IMG/VR virus record: IMGVR_UViG_3300044697_000009
Coordinates: 21,262-85,261 of that record
Length of the DNA: 64,000 bases
Direction: 5' to 3' (one strand)
DNA from: a virus
Numbering within the stretch: the stretch's first letter is position 1; each line of letters starts with the position of its first letter. This document shows, piece by piece, positions 39,203 through 47,927 of this stretch. Position numbers and translations under genes: made by a program. The notes below the pieces were generated by a model. It saw only the letters and a program-made list of their open reading frames with translations, ran no database searches and had not been told where the DNA came from.

Positions 39203-39219
39203 CTGGCATGTATCCTGCA
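39203..39219 (+). promoter_or_regulatory. Sigma54-type promoter
   Basis: CTGGCATGTATCCTGCA with correct GG/GC spacing, 46 nt upstream of ORF 39266. Confidence 0.55.
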
Positions 39220-39265
39220 CATAATATAAAATTATTATTAACTTCCATATAAAGGAGAAAAATTT

Positions 39266-39739
39266 ATGGAAACTGTTCTTAATACAAATGAAATTAAAGA
39301 AATTGCAAATTCATCTAACACAGCTAAAGCGATTTTTAATGAACTCGGCAGACGTGTCAGGTCCCGGTCGAGACTTGATCTTCGAAAACTGAAATACGAA
39401 ATTTTGTCAAGTGGAAATCAAGTAGTTGACGAAGAATATGTCGAAACGTTTAAAAAACTTCAGGCCTCGGGAGCTGGTAAACTCGTTAGCGGAAGACTTG
39501 GAAATCCAACTAGATTTATTTGGAATTATAAATTGAAAGATGTTACAAATTCCGCATTTGAACCTGAAACTAAAGTTAATGAGCCTGGTATTAAACCGGT
39601 GAGACGTAAATCCAAGACTCGATCTAAGCACAAAGACTTGTCATTGGCGCCCATTACAATAACGTTTCAACTTCCAAATGATATCAGAAGCGAAGATTTG
39701 AGTGCATTAATGAGTCTAGTAAAGGAATTATCGAAATGA
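39266..39739 (+). CDS. Putative winged-helix-like DNA-binding protein
   Basis: FKKLQASGAGKLVSGRLGNPTRFIW; AAGGAG SD. The fold is an inference. Confidence 0.55.
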   Translation: METVLNTNEIKEIANSSNTAKAIFNELGRRVRSRSRLDLRKLKYEILSSGNQVVDEEYVETFKKLQASGAGKLVSGRLGNPTRFIWNYKLKDVTNSAFEPETKVNEPGIKPVRRKSKTRSKHKDLSLAPITITFQLPNDIRSEDLSALMSLVKELSK

Positions 39740-40062
39740 AAGTATTAGTGATTGAAAGTGACTACGACCTGGCTGAGAGTTTAAAACTAGCTATCAATAA
39801 CCTTGGTGCAGAAGTTGATATAGCATTTGATATAAAAACGGCAGCTAAGCTTTTGAATTACCATTATGATTTAATACTAGCTGACCATATGCTATTAAAA
39901 GTATCAGGGAATTTTGATATCTTATCTAAAGTCAAGTCTAATTCGGTCGTAGTCCTTTCTTCACTAACACCTAACGAAACAAAGGAATTGAAGTACAACC
40001 ATATACAAAAACCATTCGGATTAAAAGAAATAGAAGATTATATAAACCCTAAACACCCGTAG
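39736..40062 (+). CDS. Single-domain response regulator (REC)
   Basis: KVLVIESD, DLILAD (phosphoacceptor), VVLSS, KPF. Confidence 0.8.
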   Translation: MKVLVIESDYDLAESLKLAINNLGAEVDIAFDIKTAAKLLNYHYDLILADHMLLKVSGNFDILSKVKSNSVVVLSSLTPNETKELKYNHIQKPFGLKEIEDYINPKHP

Positions 40063-40268
40063 AAGTTTTATACACTTGGATTCTATAATAATTTCCTTAT
40101 GTTATAGTGTCTGAGTCTAATACTATCTAAGACTTATACATGGCAGAGTTTTAATTCTCTAATGATTTCAATCCCCTAACATTGGCACGAACTGTGAAAT
40201 ACCAATTACCAGACAGCACGAGTAACGAGACGATAAGATCTACTCGGAAGCAAGTCGAAGTAAGGTGG

Positions 40269-40296
40269 TTGACTTCAAGTATTGAGATGACATAAT
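40269..40296 (+). promoter_or_regulatory. Sigma70-type promoter for the candidate ncRNA
   Basis: TTGACT-16-CATAAT with TG extension. Confidence 0.5.
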
Positions 40297-40309
40297 GTAG
40301 GTAAATTAG

Positions 40310-40650
40310 TGGACGGTCTTTAGACTTATGGAACTAGTTCGAAACATTAGTAGTCGGTATCAAGTAAACCTTGCAAGCTTAACAAGTACTATGAGAAAAA
40401 GTCGTTGCTTTTTCCATGGGATACGGATGGCGGGTTACCATCACGGGACGAATCTCCCGGCGGACAGCGGACCTTACTTACCTCGGGGCTTTAATGCCTA
40501 AAACACAGGGGTTATACGGAATCACGAAACACGCGGTTTCCCAAGAGAAGTACGGCAACGATGCTTTAACCGTGGAAATAAGGATTCTTTCGAATAAAAG
40601 TCGAAACGGCGGGATAGCATGGCCTAGGCCTAAACTTTCCTAGCTGTCTA
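40310..40650 (+). ncRNA. Candidate ~340-nt structured ncRNA
   Basis: GC-richer segment with paired ends (TGGACGGT/GCTGTCTA), multiple nested hairpins and a GCAA tetraloop. Confidence 0.5.
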
Positions 40651-40668
40651 ACGATGAGGTCGTTACTG

Positions 40669-40866
40669 ATGAGACTATCTAAAACTGTAATTATTAAAAT
40701 GACTAGAAAAGATGCCGAAGAATTAGGTCTTCTGATTTGTAAATGTGGGCATCCTAGAAACAATCATTTTGATTTTGATGAAAAACCTTGCGCACATTGT
40801 CCATGTAAATATTTTCACGAAATTTCTCGACGTGGTATTATAATTAAATCAAGGAGTAAAAAATGA
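40669..40866 (+). CDS. Small Zn-binding protein
   Basis: CKCGH-x4-H...CAHCPC; GAGGT SD. Confidence 0.6.
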   Translation: MRLSKTVIIKMTRKDAEELGLLICKCGHPRNNHFDFDEKPCAHCPCKYFHEISRRGIIIKSRSKK

Positions 40867-40973
40867 TAATTAGTACATCCAATTGCATGGTTTCTTTATT
40901 TAATCTTTTTTGGATTTAAAGTAGGAAGAAAATGTAAAATGAGATACTTTGAATATCAAGTTAGGAATCGAAA

Positions 40974-41303
40974 ATGAAGTTTTACTTAACAATATTCGCA
41001 TTGATTTTATTAGGCTGTAGTCCTGGAGACTACGCTACGTTACAAGGCCCACCAGGGCCGCAAGGTCCTATTGGAAATCCTGGTAGTAGTGTTACAATGG
41101 TACAGTTTTGTTCGAATTATTCAACTACATACCCGTCAACATTTCCTGAATACGGATTCTGTGTATCAAATAATCTTTATGCAACGTATTGGAATGGGAC
41201 AGATGCTTGGACTGCGGAAATCGTACCTGGGTATTATGATTCAACATCAACGTCTGCTCCTTGTAGTTTTACTGTTTTACCTAACTGTGTGGTGGAAAAT
41301 TGA
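40974..41303 (+). CDS. Lipoprotein with a short collagen-like segment
   Basis: LLGC lipobox, GPPGPQGPIGNPG. Confidence 0.7.
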   Translation: MKFYLTIFALILLGCSPGDYATLQGPPGPQGPIGNPGSSVTMVQFCSNYSTTYPSTFPEYGFCVSNNLYATYWNGTDAWTAEIVPGYYDSTSTSAPCSFTVLPNCVVEN

Positions 41304-41521
41304 ATCGCAAATACAAACGTCTTAATAAATTTATGTTGAAATTCTTACAACCCGGAGTTAAAGTAAAATACGTAGGAAATCTTCGAGAAAATCATCATTA
41401 TAAATTAAAACGTTATAAAGTCTATGAATTCATTAATTATTTTGGTTACAATCATGTGATTATTCATGCTGAGAATCGTAATATCAACGTTCCATGCCAT
41501 GCATTTACATTGGATATCTAA
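41300..41521 (+). CDS. Family A paralog (A4)
   Basis: LKFLQPGVKVK...AFTLDI. Confidence 0.7.
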   Translation: MNRKYKRLNKFMLKFLQPGVKVKYVGNLRENHHYKLKRYKVYEFINYFGYNHVIIHAENRNINVPCHAFTLDI

Positions 41522-41733
41522 TGAAGACATTTCCTAAACATTTAAAAAAACTTCTAGTACCTGGAGTTAAACTAAAGTGTGTAGATGATTCTTCAAATAC
41601 GCGTAAAGATAAAATAAAAATGAATGAGATTTACACATTTGACGGCTGGCATGAAGTATGGGACAATGAAATTTATATAAAAGAAAACAATCAGTCTTGG
41701 TTTATAGATCGGTTTACATTGGATTTAGAATGA
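41521..41733 (+). CDS. Family A paralog (A5)
   Basis: LKKLLVPGVKLKC...RFTLDLE. Confidence 0.7.
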   Translation: MKTFPKHLKKLLVPGVKLKCVDDSSNTRKDKIKMNEIYTFDGWHEVWDNEIYIKENNQSWFIDRFTLDLE

Positions 41734-42044
41734 CCCTCACTGCTGAAGCATTAAAATTTTTGCCAGATGGCACAAGACTTAGAAGCCTAGTGAATGATGT
41801 TGGTCTTGAATTTAATAAAATCTATACTTTAGATATATTTCCTAAGACTTATTCCACACTTAATGGAATGTTAAAAGAATTATACGCAGATAAATTAATT
41901 GAATTAATTCCTGATGGCGTAGGTTTATTATCTAAAATCAAGTTTAATCGCACTGAATTTAAAACACAAGTATTATCACTCAAAGAATTTCCATATAAAG
42001 AATTCCCTATTAGTTATTTTTCTCTAGACTTGGAGTCATTATGA
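41730..42044 (+). CDS. Family A paralog (A6) carrying an inserted capsid N-arm copy
   Basis: LKFLPDGTRL...TLNGMLKELYADKLIELIPDGVGLLSKIKF...YFSLDLE. Confidence 0.75.
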   Translation: MTLTAEALKFLPDGTRLRSLVNDVGLEFNKIYTLDIFPKTYSTLNGMLKELYADKLIELIPDGVGLLSKIKFNRTEFKTQVLSLKEFPYKEFPISYFSLDLESL

Positions 42045-42216
42045 AAATGAAAATCGTTGAATCCTTGAAACCAATCTGTGTAATCTGTGGCGAAAAAAAC
42101 CTAGAGTTGTATTACAATGACACAGAAGTCCGGTGTTTAAAATGTATTCCAACAGGGCATAATGTCGAAACTAGAAATGAAACGTTTGAAGTCAAGAAAC
42201 CTGAGGCGTTACACTA

Positions 42217-42498
42217 ATGTGGAAAGTTGGCGATAAAATCAAATGTATTTTATATGATGGCGATTCTATCCAACCTTGGATAACTATAGGAAAGACCTAT
42301 GAAATACTCGAAGTCATAAAAAATTATCATTACGATAATGAACATAAAGATAAATATAATCAACAATATAGAATAATGAATGACCAAGGTGGAAGTTGGT
42401 GGATACAACCGCATTGTTTTAAACTAGTATTTAAAACTACGGGCCCAGAGAAATCTGAAGTCGAAATCCTGGATAGAATACAAGAGAATTTTAAATGA
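42217..42498 (+). CDS. Family B paralog (B1)
   Basis: MWKVGDKIKC...SEVEILDRIQENFK. Confidence 0.7.
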   Translation: MWKVGDKIKCILYDGDSIQPWITIGKTYEILEVIKNYHYDNEHKDKYNQQYRIMNDQGGSWWIQPHCFKLVFKTTGPEKSEVEILDRIQENFK

Positions 42499-42713
42499 AA
42501 CCATTAGATGAAACTACAGTAAAATTCCTAACGCCCGGAGTGAAATTAAAATGTATCGTTAAGGGGGAAAAATATTCTCTACAAACAAATAAAACATACA
42601 CATTTAACAACATATCTGGAATAATTAACGATATAACAGTAATTTGTGTTATGGAAGGAAATAAAAAATTAGGCCCATATTTTGCTTATAGATTTACATT
42701 GGATTTAGAATGA
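42495..42713 (+). CDS. Family A paralog (A7)
   Basis: MKPLDETTVKFLTPGVKLKC...RFTLDLE. Confidence 0.7.
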   Translation: MKPLDETTVKFLTPGVKLKCIVKGEKYSLQTNKTYTFNNISGIINDITVICVMEGNKKLGPYFAYRFTLDLE

Positions 42714-42913
42714 CTGATATTGAATACAAACTTTTAACTCCAGGTATGAAAATAAAACGTATTAAGATTTCAACGGCGGTTTATAATATAAAAATAGGGA
42801 GTATATCCACAGTTGAGAAAACATTTGAACTTATTGATAGAAAATTTATTCAAGTTAAAGAATGCGATCAGTTTTGGTATTTTCATGAAGATTTTACATT
42901 GGAGATTGATTAA
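42710..42913 (+). CDS. Family A paralog (A8)
   Basis: EYKLLTPGMKIK...DFTLEID. Confidence 0.7.
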   Translation: MTDIEYKLLTPGMKIKRIKISTAVYNIKIGSISTVEKTFELIDRKFIQVKECDQFWYFHEDFTLEID

Positions 42914-43079
42914 TGTACCACATCTATGACAATGGTAAACGAATCACAATCACGCCCGTGTCATATAATTTCGTCTTGACAAATCTATTCCCAACTGCCA
43001 AAATAGACACTATGACGCTATCAAGTCTAAAACCAGGGGAAGAATACAATTATCATCAATATAAATTCGTGAGACAAGT

Positions 43080-43364
43080 ATGAAAATTAAAGCAAAGCTC
43101 ATGGACCAAAGTATTATTCTAGAAAACAATGGATTTGAATGGATAGTAACAGAAAGTAATGTACTTGACACACCTAAAAACACTACGTTTAAAACGTTAG
43201 TTGAGTTTCAATTCCATCACCCTTGGTATTCATTAGAAGAAATCGGAATAGAAGAATATTACGTAGGATGTATTCATGACTTAAAAATACGAGAAATCTT
43301 TATAACTCGTGAAGAATATTGTACTAAATGTAATTATACAAGAACTTTAAAACCTGGAGAATGA
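43080..43364 (+). CDS. Hypothetical protein with a C-terminal Cys/His cluster
   Basis: CIH...CTKC. Confidence 0.55.
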   Translation: MKIKAKLMDQSIILENNGFEWIVTESNVLDTPKNTTFKTLVEFQFHHPWYSLEEIGIEEYYVGCIHDLKIREIFITREEYCTKCNYTRTLKPGE

Positions 43365-43365
43365 A

Positions 43366-44754
43366 ATGAAACGAAGTCTTAAATCACTTCAAGGTATGTT
43401 TCCAATCGTAGCTCAAGTCTCTCCTTATCCAGGATATAAACGTCCTGGAGAGAATTTCTTTCATTATATGCCTTATAACTTTGAAGTATCTGAAATCATT
43501 ATTACTAAAATCCAATATCAAGAAAATAATAATATCATGACCTTAAATTATATTCCATTATCTACACCAGATTCGTTCTTTGAACGAACAATTCATATTG
43601 ATGATGAATTCATAATTGAAGTCCTAACGGGCAAGAAACGTAAGGACATCATGGCTAAGTATTATACTTATCTTAATGAAAATCTTTCCCGGCTTAACTA
43701 TCTCCAGTTCAGAATTGGAAGTGATCCTGAATTCTTTGTTGAAGATTCAAAAGGTGAAATTATTCCTAGTTTTAAATTTCTCGGTAGTAAACAACAACCT
43801 AGTCATACATGGGGACAAATTCAAGTCGGAAGTCTTATTGAAGCTACAAATCAAAAAATGTATTGGGATGGCTTCCAGGCCGAATTTGAAACTCTTGCTT
43901 CGACTTGTTTTGGGTGGTTAGTAGATAGTATTTGGTATGGTTTGAAAGGATTATACGAAGAAGCTAAGAAATTTAACCCTGAAGCTAAAATTTCAGCTAA
44001 AACTCTTGTTGAAATTCCTATGAAAGAATTTGAAGCAACAGATCCGAAGTTCCTCGAATTTGGTTGTATGCCAAGTAAAAATGCTTACGGACTTAATGCT
44101 CCATTACTTAATGGAACGCAGACTAGACTTAGATCTACAGGTGGACATATTCACTTCGGTATTGGAAAAATGCCTGAGTATAAATATAGAGAAGTAGTTA
44201 AGACTCTTGACGCAATTCTTGGAGTTGCTTGTGTCGCATTGTTTCAAGGTCATGATCATCCTGAAAGACGAATGATGTACGGACTTCCTGGTGAATATAG
44301 AACACCTCAACACGGTCTTGAATATCGAGTACTTAGTAATGCTTGGATGTTTCATCCATTGATATCTAATCTTGTATTAGACTTATCTCGACAATCATTT
44401 AGATTCGGTGCCGCTGGACTTCGTAAACAATGGAAAACTTCAGAAGAAGAAACTATTGCTTGTATCAAGAATTGTGACGTTAAACTTGCTCAAGAAATCC
44501 TAAGTCGAAACAAAGACCTTTTCTTAAAACTTCTTGGTAGTTGTTATACACAATACATGACTAATAAAGAAGTCTTGACATTGTTATATAACATCTTCTA
44601 TAATGGAATGGATACTGCGATTAAGAATCCAAAGGATATCGTAGGTAATTGGTGTCTTGAAGGTGAAGGATTGTGGCGTGGGCATTCAAATGGAACTGGA
44701 AAACAAGTAAATACTGGTGTTCAAATCTTGATTACCGGCGATAAAGCCGCATAA
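43366..44754 (+). CDS. phiEco32-like COOH-NH2 ligase type 2
   Basis: IGSDPEFF, DGFQAEF, FGCMPS.NAY, RSTGGHIHFG, YGLPGEYR, GLEYRVLSN.W. Confidence 0.85.
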   Translation: MKRSLKSLQGMFPIVAQVSPYPGYKRPGENFFHYMPYNFEVSEIIITKIQYQENNNIMTLNYIPLSTPDSFFERTIHIDDEFIIEVLTGKKRKDIMAKYYTYLNENLSRLNYLQFRIGSDPEFFVEDSKGEIIPSFKFLGSKQQPSHTWGQIQVGSLIEATNQKMYWDGFQAEFETLASTCFGWLVDSIWYGLKGLYEEAKKFNPEAKISAKTLVEIPMKEFEATDPKFLEFGCMPSKNAYGLNAPLLNGTQTRLRSTGGHIHFGIGKMPEYKYREVVKTLDAILGVACVALFQGHDHPERRMMYGLPGEYRTPQHGLEYRVLSNAWMFHPLISNLVLDLSRQSFRFGAAGLRKQWKTSEEETIACIKNCDVKLAQEILSRNKDLFLKLLGSCYTQYMTNKEVLTLLYNIFYNGMDTAIKNPKDIVGNWCLEGEGLWRGHSNGTGKQVNTGVQILITGDKAA

Positions 44755-44763
44755 GGATAAGAT

Positions 44764-45051
44764 ATGATTTTTGATGCAACTAAACCCGAACCTGATTCTA
44801 AACCAAAAGTCGTTGAACTAGCCGAAAATGCTGGTATTAAAGACGATATGTTAGAAACTGTTCATGAATTAATGAAAATGTATAGCGGGAAGACTCCAAA
44901 GGATTTCTCTGTAGAAGAATTCTATTACATGTTTGAAGCAGGAATGCATAAAGCTGGAGTTAAGAACAACTTTAGACTCAAGTCTTTAATGAAACTATGC
45001 CATGCATATCTATATGGATATTCACTTGGCCGAGTAATTACAAAGGATTAA
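44764..45051 (+). CDS. Hypothetical protein
   Basis: AAGGA SD, 95 aa. Confidence 0.6.
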   Translation: MIFDATKPEPDSKPKVVELAENAGIKDDMLETVHELMKMYSGKTPKDFSVEEFYYMFEAGMHKAGVKNNFRLKSLMKLCHAYLYGYSLGRVITKD

Positions 45052-45053
45052 AT

Positions 45054-45293
45054 ATGTGGAAAGTTTTTATTGAATTCGTTGGTGAGAATGACTTAACGTT
45101 TATTCCCGGGAATTATCTTTTCAAGACTCGCAGCCATGCCGCAATGGGTACTGATAATACACGAGGATTTCCATTATTGTCATCGGCAATTCAATACACA
45201 TTGAGTGAAGACTTCGTTGAGTACCTAGATTCAAAACATCCTATGAAGGAAATTAAATCTCTTTGTATTAAATTTGTTGATATCGGAGACTAA
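45054..45293 (+). CDS. Hypothetical protein
   Basis: AAGGA SD before ATG 45054. Confidence 0.55.
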   Translation: MWKVFIEFVGENDLTFIPGNYLFKTRSHAAMGTDNTRGFPLLSSAIQYTLSEDFVEYLDSKHPMKEIKSLCIKFVDIGD

Positions 45294-45445
45294 TATGTAT
45301 TCTGTAGTTAAACATACTCCCGAAAAACTCATCGTTGTCGAGGATAAAATCGAGACTCGTGAAGAAGCCGAATATGCAATGGCCGAAGCTATTATAGAAG
45401 ATAATCAGTATTTTTATGAAATCGTGACTAATGGAGACGTAAAAA

Positions 45446-45664
45446 ATGCGTGAATTTTTCGCTGTAATTGGATTTATTTCATTGGCACTTCTGGGAGCTT
45501 GGGGGATGAGTTCATGTGAACGCAAATACTTTCCGGAAAAAACACTTCAGCAACGTGTAAAAGAAGCTGAAGACGAGTGCCGGGAATTAGGTGCTACTGG
45601 GTATTCATTTCAAACTGGTTGTATTTTTTCAATTCCTAAGAAATCTTCGGGAGATAAGAAATGA
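45446..45664 (+). CDS. Small membrane/lipoprotein
   Basis: Hydrophobic N-terminus ending in MSSC. Confidence 0.55.
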   Translation: MREFFAVIGFISLALLGAWGMSSCERKYFPEKTLQQRVKEAEDECRELGATGYSFQTGCIFSIPKKSSGDKK

Positions 45665-46170
45665 CATACAAAGAAGCTAAAGAAATTCTTAAGACAGCTA
45701 AAAATAAAAACATTGGAAAACCTTTAGGTGAAGGTTATTATCTAATGATGGATAAACAATTCCTTGTAGTTAAAAAAGGATTATTAGAAGCATTGCGAAT
45801 CAATTCAAAAAATGAGTTTACTTTAGGATTGATTAAACCTACTCGTTCTGTATTAAACATCGTGAATCAATTCCTTCCATATAAACTTAAAATCAAATCA
45901 GGTCTTGTTTATATCGGAAATATGGAATATTGGAAAGGAATGAGGCTTGATTCAAACGGTGAAGTAATGATAGACCAAGCTTGGGATGAAGATTCAGAAT
46001 ACACCATGACATGTTTCAGATGTGAAACTAGGTATTCAAATACTCACTGTAGTAATTGTGTATCCGATTATATTGAAGAACTTGAAACAGATGCTGAAAC
46101 TATAGAACCAGAAGGAGATCCTGACGACTACGACGATGATTATAACCAACCTATTGACGATTGGAGTTAA
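45661..46170 (+). CDS. Hypothetical protein with a CxxC pair and acidic tail
   Basis: CFRC...CSNC followed by a D/E-rich end. Confidence 0.6.
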   Translation: MTYKEAKEILKTAKNKNIGKPLGEGYYLMMDKQFLVVKKGLLEALRINSKNEFTLGLIKPTRSVLNIVNQFLPYKLKIKSGLVYIGNMEYWKGMRLDSNGEVMIDQAWDEDSEYTMTCFRCETRYSNTHCSNCVSDYIEELETDAETIEPEGDPDDYDDDYNQPIDDWS

Positions 46171-46442
46171 GACGTATGGTTATTCAAACTAAGAAACTAG
46201 ATATGAAAGAATACAAAGAAAAATTAATAGAACAACAAGGATTTTTGTGTCCTTGGACATCTGAATACATCGAACCAAGTAACGTTGAAATCTTGTATCT
46301 CAACGGTATGGACTTTGCTATTTCACATCACGGATTAAATCAACTTCGGGATGACCCTAAATGGGGAAAAGTTTATATCAACAACAAAATAGTTCATAGT
46401 ATTGATATTTCAGGTGGAAGATTCATAAGGGATATGGGATGA
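46161..46442 (+). CDS. Hypothetical protein
   Basis: Packed ORF in the operon; start codon uncertain. Confidence 0.5.
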   Translation: MELRRMVIQTKKLDMKEYKEKLIEQQGFLCPWTSEYIEPSNVEILYLNGMDFAISHHGLNQLRDDPKWGKVYINNKIVHSIDISGGRFIRDMG

Positions 46443-46642
46443 TTTACGAAGTCTTAGGATATAATACGAATCATTTAGAAAAATCACCATGCTGTATCAT
46501 TAAGTCTGAAAGTTTTGAATTATGCGATCATATTTTCCAGACATTAGGTGTGTTTTTCGCAGTGAATCGTTATAATAGTTTTAAACTTGTCCTAAAATGT
46601 GTTGACAATGGACAAATAATTAAAAATGGAGAGAAAAAATGA
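46439..46642 (+). CDS. Hypothetical protein
   Basis: ATGA-coupled ORF. Confidence 0.5.
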   Translation: MIYEVLGYNTNHLEKSPCCIIKSESFELCDHIFQTLGVFFAVNRYNSFKLVLKCVDNGQIIKNGEKK

Positions 46643-47499
46643 CTAAACGTAAACCCAAAGTCATTGATTCGATTCAAAACGAACTCAAGATGTTATTTAC
46701 AGAAGATATTCCTGATATTGCATTAAAAGAACCAGTCAAAGGTAGTGAATTTATCCGTAAAGGTTTTGTTGAATGTATCGATAACAAAGGCATTGAACAT
46801 TTATTAAATAAACACAAAATCTATGTCCTTAATGAAATCCATGTTTCTCAGACTAAACTTGAAGTATGTTGCGAAGACGGCAAGATGCATTTCTTAGATA
46901 CTAAGTTCTTCAAAGGTATTGATTATGGTCCTTTCATTGAAGGTGATTCTGTGTCATGTGCGGGATTCGCGGATTCTGAACAACTAGAAGGTAAAATTAT
47001 TAATCCAGCTGAACTAATCCATCTTAATGGAATCGTCAAATCCGGTGATGAAACTCATGCCGTTGTATCATGGAGTAGTTATGTATTTAAAATTCCTAAT
47101 CAACAACTTCGTTTAAGACAAAGATATCCCAAACTTCCTGATAATCCGTTTAAAGAAAACGATGTAGTCCGATGTATAATTGGATACAAATCTGAAATCT
47201 TTCCTAATTGGAAATACACAGTAGTCGCTAAAGATAGAGAACGTGTATTAATAAAAGAACGATCTGATAGATGGTATCCTCATACACATTTTATTTTAGA
47301 TAATAAATCCAAGACAAAACAAATTCGTCAAAATCGTGACTTAAAACAAAGTATTCGGGAGTATTTAAATCTTCATAGTAATGAAATCGTATCTCCCCAC
47401 GATCTTATTGAATATCTTAAGACTTTGAAACATGACGTTGATGTCAATGTAGTTATTAATGAAATTCGCGATTTTGCGAGAACTAGCTTTCACTGGTGA
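46639..47499 (+). CDS. Protein with tandem SH3-like segments related to families A/B
   Basis: FIRKGFVECID...KIY, PFIEGDSVSC, PFKENDVVRCI...KY...HFILD. Confidence 0.6.
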   Translation: MTKRKPKVIDSIQNELKMLFTEDIPDIALKEPVKGSEFIRKGFVECIDNKGIEHLLNKHKIYVLNEIHVSQTKLEVCCEDGKMHFLDTKFFKGIDYGPFIEGDSVSCAGFADSEQLEGKIINPAELIHLNGIVKSGDETHAVVSWSSYVFKIPNQQLRLRQRYPKLPDNPFKENDVVRCIIGYKSEIFPNWKYTVVAKDRERVLIKERSDRWYPHTHFILDNKSKTKQIRQNRDLKQSIREYLNLHSNEIVSPHDLIEYLKTLKHDVDVNVVINEIRDFARTSFHW

Positions 47500-47715
47500 G
47501 GTTTTGATTGGAAGATTTATGCACATTCCCACAAACAATAAAAGAAGTCGCAACAAGCGAGTATTCCGTAAAACTCGTACAACACAAACACTTGTATGAG
47601 ATCCGTTACGATGATATGCCGAGAGGATTACCTTTCAGTAATCTGACTATTGCGATAGATGTTTTTGAAAAACTCTTGACTAAACCATATAAAATAAACA
47701 ATAATTAGGACTGAT

Positions 47716-47925
47716 ATGTTGAAACTCGTTAAAGTCAAAACTATGTTTGGATTTGAAATGAACTTTAGGCATCATCAGTTACTAGAGATTCGTCAAGACA
47801 AGAAATACAAAAACGTCTGTCATATCAGGACTTCAATACGAGACAAAGAAGGTAAGCCTATGTGGTTTACTGTAGAACACTCGGCGATTGATGTAATCAA
47901 CCGTTATAACGAAACGAAAGGTTAA
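47716..47925 (+). CDS. Hypothetical protein
   Basis: AGGA SD, 69 aa. Confidence 0.55.
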   Translation: MLKLVKVKTMFGFEMNFRHHQLLEIRQDKKYKNVCHIRTSIRDKEGKPMWFTVEHSAIDVINRYNETKG

Positions 47926-47927
47926 GT

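Noticed and set aside
40416-40643. 75-aa ORF
   Set aside because: No clear SD, atypical composition, and it lies inside the hairpin-rich ncRNA candidate.
36085-42913. Recurring DNA motif TTTACATTGGA(T/C)TTAGA at family A 3' ends as an integron attC or CRISPR-like repeat
   Set aside because: Differences between copies are largely synonymous, spacing is irregular, and there is no palindrome, integrase or cas gene. Protein conservation explains it, although two copies share 22 identical nt.
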